DNA of 64,000 nt from Octopus vulgaris (Eukaryota): contig OX597821.1 in assembly GCA_951406725.2 (NCBI GenBank), positions 1,302,001 to 1,366,000 of the forward strand. Reading direction: 5' to 3'. Made by a program: the position numbers and the translations under genes. The stretch's first letter is position 1; each line of letters begins with the position of its first letter. Below the pieces are notes generated by a model, which made no database searches, had not been told where the DNA came from, and saw only the letters and a program-made list of their open reading frames with translations. Shown one piece after another: positions 54,015 through 64,000 of the stretch.

Positions 54015-55119
54015 TATATGTTTGTGTGTGTATGTATGCGTGTGTATCATCTACAAAGAATTGGAATTCTAGGAGTTGCAGATATATTGCGCACTTTCAA
54101 AGGAACAGTAAATAAAATAACAAACAAAACACAACACATCAACAACATATAGTAAAATTGCAGCGCTGTACTGACTGTTGCTGATATATAGCATACGGTA
54201 TAATTAAAACTATGTAAATATATTTACATATAAATAAAGAAAAAAGCAAAAATACTAGTATCACTTGTTAAAAAAAATTGTAGTCAACAAGAAGGATTAA
54301 TGAATGATGATGGTGATGATTATGATGATGACGACAATGGCTGCTACGACCGCAACAGCGACGATGATGAGGACATTGACAACGGCTATAGCAACTAATC
54401 CGGCTGTCATATGTAGCGCCGTACTGGACGTTCATTAAATAGGAATTATACGTCACAGACACAGTCATGTGTCCTTCACATTTATCACGATGACGTCTAT
54501 GCAAATGTGGGTGTAGTTAAGCATGTATCGCAGTTAACTATTTTATACGGGTTGATCAGGATTCTGTTTGTTTTTTTAAATATTTGTTGAGGTGGATGGC
54601 AGAATCGTTAGCTCATTGGACAAAATTCCCCTGTGGTCTGTTACTAATTTTGCGTTCTAATTTCAAATCCCGCCGAGAGGAAATTTGCATTTTTGTACCC
54701 GGTGTCTGACAAAAGCAAAACAAGAAAAAAAACAAAAAACAAACAAAGGCACAAAGATGTAGGAAAATGGAATAGATATGGCTAGAATTCCAGGTTAAAA
54801 TACACTAACACAATAAGAAATAAAACTATAGGAGAAACAAGAAGATTACGAAGAGGAGCGACAACAACGCAAATACTTTTAAGTTGCTTCCTCCACGAGA
54901 AACAGCTGGTAAGGTACTCCCAAATTACACTCTACTGTTCGAGAAATGGAAGGATATTTTGGGTAGTGTAGTCCTAGATACACTACGTCATGCAAAATAT
55001 GAAACATAAAAAAAATACATGAAAAAACTGAGGTTAGATAGTCATGTTTGGAAAGGTTTTGAAAATCGTTGTGCTCCATTTGGGACGGCATGGGTTTAAG
55101 CAAAATCAGCACATTGACC

Positions 55120-55690
55120 ACTACCTCCATTATCAGCCATCACCAGCACCAACGCCACCATCATCACCATCACCACTACCACCACCATCTTCACCACCAT
55201 CATCATCACCTTCACCACCACAGCAACCGCCACAAACTCCACCACCACCAGCATCACCACATTTAAAAACCGCCACCACCATCACCAACACCACCACCAT
55301 CACTACCACTATGGCCACCACTACAATGGCCATCACCATCACCATCACCACCACCGCCACCACAATCCCCACAACCATCACGAGCTTCACCACCGTCACC
55401 ACCTTCACTACCAGTGCCATCGACACCACCACATCACCACCACCACCACCACCACTTCCCCCTTCACTACCACCATCGTCATCACAACTATGGTCATCAC
55501 CACAACCATCACCACCACCACCACCACCACCACCACCACCACCACCACCACCACCACCACCACCAGCTTCACCACCATCACCACCTTCACAACCAGTGCC
55601 ATCGACACCACCACATCAGCACCACATCAGCACCACCACCACCACCACCACACTCCAACCACTACCAAACAACAACAACAACAACAGAGA
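55120..55690. repeat. (CAC)n-derived low-complexity tract with a ~55-bp internal duplication
   Basis: agcttcaccacc..cagtgccatcgacaccaccacatca at about 55383 and 55566. Confidence 0.9.
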
Positions 55691-56093
55691 TGCAAATATA
55701 CGTTGCCATATTTATGTTTAATAATGTCACAACAGCATGCGTATACATATCTGGCCCCCACATCTGGCGCAGCATCGTATATCTAGGTTCCAGAAAACTA
55801 CATGAATAGGCATAAAACATCGCAGCACCCATATACCTAGCACGGCAAACAGTCTAAAGCTTACATTCCTAATTAACGAATCGTATAGAGAAGATATGCT
55901 ATTTTGTAGTTTGTAATTTTATTTTGTAGATCTTATATTGTATTTTGTAAATACCTTGTAGCCGGCAATAAGGTAAAGTAATTATGCTAAGAGTGCAGCA
56001 GAAATATTGCGGTGTCCCATAGCTAGGGGCGACGAGTGGAAGATTAAATAGACACTGCACAATGGCACAATGAGAAAAGACAGTAATATATAT

Positions 56094-56177
<84 letters not shown>

Positions 56178-56687
56178 ACATACATATATATAAGCGTGTG
56201 TGTATCTTTATATACGGTAATATATATGTAAATATACATGTATGTATGTATTTATTTATCTATCTATCTATCTATTTATACTTACATACATACATATATA
56301 TATACATATAAATATGTGTGTATATATGTATATGTATATATATGTATATATATACATATATATATATATGTATATGTATATACATATATATATATATGTA
56401 TATGTATATACATATATATATATATGTATACATGTATATATGTATACATACATATACATATATATGTATACATATAGATGTGTATACACACATACATATA
56501 CATATATATAGGTACGCCGATATGCAGACAGACACACGCATACACACACACATGTATGTATCTGTATACGGGGTGGGGGGATGTATTTGTAATTGATAGT
56601 GTCTGCTGGTAGCAATGAGGTTAGTCAGAATCAATAAGTGTGTACTCCATACATGGAGTAGATTTAGAATAATTACGTTACATACCT

Positions 56688-56756
<69 letters not shown>

Positions 56757-57017
56757 TTATGTATAGATGCAAACAGTACAGTACAGATGGGTGGGTGGAT
56801 GCGTCGGTGAATACTTACATGCACCCCCACACAGACACACACCACAGGTATATGTTGTACTTAGCGATCGTCTAAATATATAGGCATAATAAAAAATAGT
56901 TTTCCTTTCTAACAAAAATCTGGTTTGCTGACGGATTAAATAAGACTAGTTTACACCAACAAAATAATCACCATGCGCCCCTCTCCTCGCATCGTCACCT
57001 CTAAACGCCACCACCAT

Positions 57018-57081
<64 letters not shown>

Positions 57082-57247
57082 GCTGCTGCTGTTGCCACGA
57101 CTGCGGTAACCTATTAAATTGACTCCTGTACATGAGTGGTATTTATGTACTAAACGAAAAAAAAACCAACCCAAACGACAGAAATTCTATGAAAGATGTC
57201 AATCCAAAGACACCGTATTCGGTAACGAGACAATATAACGTCATAAG

Positions 57248-57682
57248 AAGGCAGCGAGCTGGCAGAAACGTTAGCACGCCTGGCGAAATGCGTAGCCGTA
57301 TTTCATCTGCCGCTACGTTCTGAGTTCAAATTCCGCCGAGGTCAACTTTGCCTTTCATCCTTTCGAGGTCGATAAAGTAAGTACCAGTTACACACTGGGA
57401 TCGATATAATCGACTTAATCCGTTTGTCTGTCCTTGGTTGTCCTCTCTGTGTTTAACCCCTTGTGGGTAGTAAAGAAATAAGAAACGTTAGCACACCGGG
57501 CGAAATGCCTGGCGTTATTTCGTCTGTCTTTATGTTCTGAGTTCAAATTCCGCCGAGATCGACTTTGCCTTTCATGTTTTTGGGGTAGATAAATTAATCA
57601 CCAGTTGCGTACTGGTGTCGATCTAATCGACTGGCTCCCTCTCCTAAAATGTCGGGCCTTGTGCCCAGAGTAGAAAAGAATA
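57248..57682 (+). mobile_element. Dimeric family B SINE
   Basis: Same two-unit architecture as 41895-42292. Confidence 0.9.
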
Positions 57683-58290
57683 TTACATTATAAGGGATAT
57701 ATTAAATGTAATAAAAATGTGTAGAAAAATGGCAAATATACAGGCATATACATAGGTGAAGGTGCGACTAAGTGCTAGGAAGTTTGCTCCTCAACAGCCT
57801 GGTGCGTGGTACCTCGGTCAAGCGTTTTCCTCTACAGCAGGGGTCAAGGAATTTTTTGACGAATAACCCCAAAATATATTTATTTACGCGGTTGTTACCC
57901 CCTTGATTTGGGAGGAAGAAAATCATAGAATATATGTATATAGAGAATACAAATATAAATATAAAAATTATGAAGAAACTGCGATAAGATAGATTAATAT
58001 CTTCATTAAGAAATAAAATGATTTTTCTAGAAACTTTTTCATTTCAGGTTTTGGGGAAATGATGTTTCGTTTTTGGTTTCAATTACATCAAAATTGTGGA
58101 ATTTTGATGCCGGAGCAATTTGGATTCCGTCTTCGGAATCCAATCGATTTCGTTAAAGGGCTGAATTGCATAACTACTTAAATCCACTTAAACAAAACAA
58201 AAAAACAATGCAAAAGCAAAGCAAAAAAAAATCATGTCAAAAAAATAAGTTTAAGGCAAGTAATAATCATCTGACAAATAATATCTGTTT

Positions 58291-58670
58291 AGAGGCGGCG
58301 AGCTGGCAGAGTGGTTAGCGCGCCGGGCGAAATGCTTAGCGCTATTTAGTCTGCCGTTACGTTCTGAGTTCAAATTCCACCGAAGTTGACTTTGTCTTTC
58401 ATCCTTTCGGGATCGTTAAATTAAGTATCAGTTACGCACTGAGCTCGATATAATCGACTTAATCCGTTTGTCTATCCTTGCTTGTCCTCTTTTGTTTGGC
58501 CCCTTGTGGGTAGTAAAGAAATACGTATTTCGTCTGCCGCTACGTTCTGAGTTGAAATTCTGCCGAGGTCGACTTTGCCTTTTCATCCTTTCAGGATCAA
58601 TAAATTGAGTACCAGTTGCGTACTGGAGTCGGTCTAATCGACTGGCCCCCACCCCTCAAAATGTCGGGCA
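58291..58670 (+). mobile_element. Dimeric family B SINE
   Basis: Same two-unit architecture as 41895-42292. Confidence 0.9.
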
Positions 58671-58947
58671 TGAATATCTGTTTAGTCACCTGACAACGTT
58701 TTAGAAACCAAATTGTTTGTAATTCAAAATGACGTAACATCTCCGAAACACGTCCTTTGGACACGTTTTGTATATAATTTTACTCATGCCAGTTGGGGTA
58801 ATTTACCCCTCTTCGCCGACCAATCCCTTGTGAGTGGATTTGGTGGACCATGTGGTCACGCTTGCGGTTTATGTGTGTACATATATTTCAAGAAATTTAC
58901 ATTCGTCTTGATAATTAGGAGGTAATCAAGTCTTGAGAATATATATA

Positions 58948-59160
58948 TTTCTTTACTGCCCAGAAGGGGCTAAACATAGAGGGGGCAGACATAGGGATTA
59001 AGTCGATTACATCGACCCCAGTGCGAACTGGTACTTTATTTATCGACCCCAAAAGGATGAAAGACAAATTCGACCTCGGTGGAATTTGAACTCAGAACGT
59101 AACGACAGACGAAATACCGCCAAGCATTTCGCCCGGCGCGCTAACCACTCGGCCAGCTCG
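58948..59160 (-). mobile_element. Family B SINE
   Basis: Reverse-complement head, core and tail 1. Confidence 0.85.
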
Positions 59161-59220
59161 GTCTGATGAAACTATATAGCTGAGACACGATTCTATTTAT
59201 TCCATCTGACTATTCACCTA

Positions 59221-59784
59221 CACAGACATGCAGGAAGTAAATAGACACCTTTGATTTTCAACATTTCTGATTGAAGCGTCTTAATATGTTTACATTAATA
59301 TATGTTAATATTGTAGAATTTACAATATAATTATCATTTTTCATTCCAGGTGCCATTATATTCAGCAGAACTGTTAGATTTTCAAAGAGGTCGTATTGTC
59401 GGGCAATCTGAGGCTGGTCTTAGTCAACGAAAAATTGCCGGAAATCTTCAAATTCCTCTTGCTACTGTAAATAGAATTATAGTGCAAATCAAAAGTGAAG
59501 GAAAAGAATCAACAGATTCTCGTCCCGGCCGACCTGGGCCCTCGGAAAGGAAGTTTCGCTGTTTGAAGAGAATTGTGAAAAACGAACCCAGTTTGAAGGC
59601 ATCTGACATTGCAAAACAGCTAGAAGTAATTCCAAGAACGTGTGTTACATATCTGCAAAAGCTTGGGTATTATGGACGAGCAGAGAGAAGAAAACCTTTC
59701 CTTCAACCAATTAATATAAAAAAAAAAAAAAAAAAAAAAGATTTTGAAACTTAAAGGTGTCTATTTACTTCCTGCATGTCTGTG
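59221..59784 (+). mobile_element. Internally deleted Tc1-like transposon, 564 bp
   Basis: TIR cacagacatgcaggaagtaaatagacaccttt at both ends; TA flanks at 59219-59220 and 59785-59786. Confidence 0.93.
59350..59754 (+). pseudogene. Tc1 transposase N-terminal paired-like HTH domain only
   Basis: [12 protein letters not shown]...[18 protein letters not shown]...RPGRP...LGYYGR..RRKPFL. No DDE domain; starts at GTG. Confidence 0.85.
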
Positions 59785-59928
59785 TATATCTCTCTCTCTA
59801 TCTATATCTCTGTAAGTAACTTGGCACATTTTACCATTTCTCCATAGATTGACAAAAACAAACAAATAAACGAAGAGCCTTAACCTATTTTCGAAACATT
59901 TTGAGTTCTCATCAGAATTATTAACACC

Positions 59929-60081
59929 GGTGGCTGTGCGGTAAGTAGCTCGCTTACCAACCACATGGTTCCAGGTTCAATCCAACTGCGTGGCACTTTG
60001 GGCAAGTGTCTTCTACTATAGCCTCGGGCCGACAAAAGCCTTGTGAGAGGATTTGGTAGACGGAAACTGAAAGAAGCCCGT

Positions 60082-60149
<68 letters not shown>

Positions 60150-60640
60150 AGGGTGAAAAGGAACACACGGGTGGAAAAATTTGGGAGTGCCTTGATTGGG
60201 AGTGCCTTCTACCTCTTAACTTAATCACTAATGCTTTTTAGTAAAACACCTACGCAAATTCCATAAACAAACCTCTCAATAGAAATATTCTCCTGAATTG
60301 AACTGCAACTGCTAGCCGTCACTGACCATTCAAAATACAACAATCAAGGCACTCCCAAATTTTTCCACCCCCTCTCCTCATCAGCCTTCTTCTTCTTCTA
60401 CCCTACCAAGAATTCACAACGACCTCGAACACACAAGTGCAAACAAGGGAGTCAGAGAAAGGCAGAATGCTACTTATATCTGAACACTATACAAATATTC
60501 CTTTAAAAAAAAACTTTTCTTCTAATTTTTCTAAATTTAATTATTTAATCGTTACAGTTGAAAAGGTCTCAAAATGACCGAAACCGGTACTGAAATGTTC
60601 TTTATAAAATTATTTTAGCATTTTCTATTTTGACTTGTTT

Positions 60641-60697
<57 letters not shown>

Positions 60698-60924
60698 CGT
60701 GTGTGTGTGTGTGTGTGTGTGTTTGTGTGTCTGTGTTTGTCCCCCCAACATCGCTTGACAACCGATGCTGGTGTGTTTACGTCCCCGTAACCTAGCGGTT
60801 CGACAAAAGAGACCGATAGAATAAGTACTAGGCTTTCAAAGATTAAGTCCTGGGGTCGATTTGCTCGACTAAATGCGGTGCTCCAACATGACCACAGTCA
60901 AATGACTGAAACAAGTAAAAGAGT
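59929..60924 (+). mobile_element. Family A SINE split by a ~500-bp PLE-like insert in its (TA)n
   Basis: Head and core at 59929-60085, tail at 60700-60924. Confidence 0.88.
60147..60646 (+). mobile_element. PLE-like insert with a 5' inversion and a dead hammerhead (60555-60592)
   Basis: Perfect 30-bp inverted repeat 60169-60198/60341-60370; cag-TTGAAAA-ggtc..gacc-GAAA-ccggTA^ctg; (TA)n on both sides. Confidence 0.65.
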
Positions 60925-61405
60925 ATGAATAAACAGCCAACCTATTAATATAATCTAGAAATCCTAAAGCTTCAAAGTACTGGACTTACCAAATTTGCAT
61001 TCTATAAACGCTTTACATTATAGCAGCCCTGTCAACGGATTTTCTAACCAACGCAGTATTAAAGTATGATACAGTATTAAAGTAAATCTGTGAAGCCAGG
61101 TGGTAGACGTAGAAACGTGGCTAATTTCACTATTTCTCCATAGATTGTAAAAACGACAAACAGACTTCATCTATTGAATATATATCTGTCTTACTTCGTT
61201 TACATTTTATTATTTTTGTTATTCTTTATTACTTGATTTTTTAATACATACATGTGTTTATTGACCCTAAAAGTACAGGAATGGGACAACGTATCCCATC
61301 CAATTACGTCTCTATAAACCACGGGAAGCATGATTTCATTTATTTGAATGCAAATTACTGACAACCGAAACTTTTATCTTCTAAAAATGTTATTACTCCT
61401 TAGCT

Positions 61406-62163
61406 CAGTGGTTCCCAAACTATGAGTCGCGACCCACAGATGGGTCACGAACGGAATCTTAGTGGGTCGCAAAAAGTTATCAAATTACGCATTAGCTTTG
61501 GTTAACTGCTGTCTATCGAGATAGTTCAAGACTTCTGTTTTCAATACCAGACTTGTTGTTTTATCAAGCAGTAGGCTTTTTCACGAACTTAACAAATCAG
61601 AGGTTGTCATTTTCTCAAGTTATTTATTCGTACGTAATCGTAAAAAGTAGAGGTCTGTTTTTACCTATTTATAGAGAACTTTAACTAGGCGAAGTATAAC
61701 ACTGATCGAGTCGATAACAGTTACTACTTCAAAGTTTTGTTTTAGTGACTCTTCCATCAAAATGACTTTTAACACCCGAAAATTGGTACAGTTCTGGGCG
61801 TCTCTTCTAACCTCGTACCCAATCGTTTCCACCAAAGCATTAAAAGTACTTCTCCCTTTCAGGTCATCTTATATTTGTGAAGCTGGATTTTCAGCAAAGG
61901 TTGGGATTAAAAGCAAATATCGAAATAATCTGCATCTCTCAAATTCTTTACGCCTGAAACTATCACGCATTGAACCTGATGTTAATTCTATTATTGAGCG
62001 TAGCAAGAAACAGGCTCATCCTTCTCACAGGCCTCACTGAAGATGTAAGCTGAAATAAATTTGTTAATTTCATTAATGATTTTACTCAGTAGAGTTAAGT
62101 GGGTCGTCATAAACTGGTGTGATAAATAGTGGGTCGCGGCTCTAAAAAGTTTGGAAACCACTG
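61406..62163 (+). mobile_element. Internally deleted hAT (Buster/Charlie-like) transposon, 758 bp
   Basis: TIRs cagtggttcccaaact / agtttggaaaccactg; 8-bp TSD ccttagct (central TA) at 61398-61405 and 62164-62171; subterminal gtgggtcgc/gcgacccac motifs. Confidence 0.93.
61762..62040 (+). pseudogene. hAT transposase C-terminal dimerisation domain remnant
   Basis: FW......YP.VS.KALKVLLPF.SSYICEAGFS....IKSKYRN.L.....LRL.LS.IEP. Confidence 0.88.
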
Positions 62164-62239
62164 CCTTAGCTCACAAACGAGCACCAAAAAAAGGTTGTAC
62201 TATAAATGGACCATCATCTCCATTAAATTTTACATACAT

Positions 62240-62542
62240 ATGATTATTATGCGTGGGTTACTTTTGAGTAAGAGACCCACAAAACTCTTTGTAACACCAA
62301 AGACGAACTGAAGGTAACGATTATTGTAGCATTCATCAACTTACACAAGAAGACCATCCGGGAGATTCCGAAGTCGTCTGCAGGCCACGGTTGAAGCCAA
62401 TAGCGATTTTATTGAATAAATTTACTTTTTCGCATTTAAAGATATTTTCATGTAATTTTGTTAAATATTTCTATAAATTGAGATGTCAGTGTTATTTTCA
62501 TTTTTGTCTAATTTAGACGACAATTTATTCACTGCTCACTCT
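62240..62542 (+). mobile_element. Tc1/mariner-superfamily (maT-like) 3' fragment
   Basis: DYYAW..E*ET.KT.CNTKDELK..I..AF.NL...RFRSRLQATVEANSDFIE*, followed by a TIR-like gacaatttattcactgc. Confidence 0.7.
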
Positions 62543-62548
62543 CTCTCC

Positions 62549-62584
<36 letters not shown>

Positions 62585-62740
62585 CTGAGCAAATCGACCC
62601 CAGGGCTTATTCTTTGTAAGCCTAGTACTTATTCTATCAGACTCTTTTGCCGAGCCGCTAATTTTACGAGGACGTAAACACACCAGCATCGGTTGTCAAG
62701 TGATGCTGCGGAGACAAACACAGACAAATGTATACACACA

Positions 62741-62824
<84 letters not shown>

Positions 62825-62936
62825 TATGACGGGCTTCTTTCAGTTTCCGTCTACCAAATCCCCTCACAAGGCTTTGGTCGTCCCGAGGCTATACTAGAAG
62901 ACACTTGATTAAAGTGCCATGCAGTGGAACTGAACC

Positions 62937-62938
<2 letters not shown>
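62585..62938 (-). mobile_element. Family A SINE (truncated at both ends by (TA)n)
   Basis: Family A motifs. Confidence 0.85.
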
Positions 62939-62981
<43 letters not shown>

Positions 62982-63083
62982 AAATTATGCATATACGTGC
63001 TTATATATATGTGTGTATAGGCGTTCGTATATGTAAATATAACGTATGTTCTGTATATATATGTATCTGTATTTATGTGCTTT

Positions 63084-63156
63084 CTGGTATATTCAACTGA
63101 AGAAGGCAGAGCTTCTCTGAAGCAAAGCCAGAAATCCAGGATCTTGAATTATCCAG
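63084..63156 (+). ncRNA. Well-formed type I hammerhead ribozyme
   Basis: Stem I ctgg..attcaa/ttgaat..ccag; CTGAAGA at 63097; stem II ggc/gcc plus gcttc/gaagc; GAAA at 63131; palindromic atcc-a-ggat; AUC^ at 63141-63143. Confidence 0.75.
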
Positions 63157-63955
63157 TTAAATCTCTTTTGCTAGTTTATTTTGCCTTTCTGTCTTCTCTC
63201 TTGGCGCGATATGAGCATTTATGGTGTTTTTCGGGTCAGGGTTTTGACTGCTATTTCCGCATGGTAGTATCTCTCAGATACCCTAATTTATAATTTAAAT
63301 AATTATTACCTTTGTATGGTATTCATTCCCATGCTGGTCACTAGATAAAATCGATATTTAAATATCGATATTATCCTTATATATTTACTTACATATAAAT
63401 ATATATATATATATATTTATATGTAAGTAAATATATATGTATATCTATTAACCTATATATGTACCTATCAATATGTATGTAATCTTAGTGTACATTTGTG
63501 CTTGCGTATGTCCTTAAAGAAGTCTGTGTTAAAATATGGAGATGTATACTTAGAATTTTAAAAAATGACTAACATATGTAGAAAAATATTTATTAAGAGC
63601 AGGCTTAATGTAATGCTGGTTTGATATCAATTTCGAGGTCGATGATCGATATAATAGTAAACAACTAAAGATCAGTGACTTTCATTATTCTCAATCGATC
63701 TCAGGACAATATTGGTACTGCATGGTTAAAACCATTTTGGACTAGTTCCTACAGCTTAAAGGATTATTTCTATCATCTACCTGACCGTCCGTCTTCCGCG
63801 TTTTGCTGCTTTACTATCTGTGGATTTGATATGTGAATGAACACATAGATATACACATGTGTACACAGACACACACACTAACACTTGTAGCCACACACAT
63901 ACGCGAGCGGGAATTTGCACACGAATACACACACGCACACGCACGCATATATAAA

Positions 63956-64000
<45 letters not shown>

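Overview
This is eukaryotic, AT-rich intergenic or intronic DNA, packed with microsatellites. The SINE families match those I recall from octopus (coleoid cephalopod) genomes; the organism is an inference. I found no host protein-coding exon I can support, and almost all ORFs in the track are translations of (TA)n, (CA)n, (AAT)n, (CAC)n or (GAA)n repeats. Recognisable content: (1) DNA transposons: a full-length but disrupted mariner, a deleted mariner, a deleted Tc1, a maT-like fragment and MITE pair, a deleted hAT/Buster element, a Merlin-like MITE and non-autonomous Helitron-like elements. (2) Dozens of tRNA-derived SINEs from at least four families. (3) An RTE LINE fragment. (4) A 1.6-kb tandem duplication. 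(5) The most notable feature: about a dozen type I hammerhead-ribozyme motifs (CUGANGA...GAAA...NUH) from several sequence families. They sit in short Penelope-like (PLE) or retrozyme-like units, often inserted in (TA)n or (AAT)n tracts, and include an expanded stem II variant inside a 491-bp partial tandem repeat, a family with a CUGUNGA core and a tRNA-headed version. There is also a 98-nt pri-miRNA-like hairpin in non-repetitive sequence. All calls were made by eye; coordinates of degenerate repeats are approximate.
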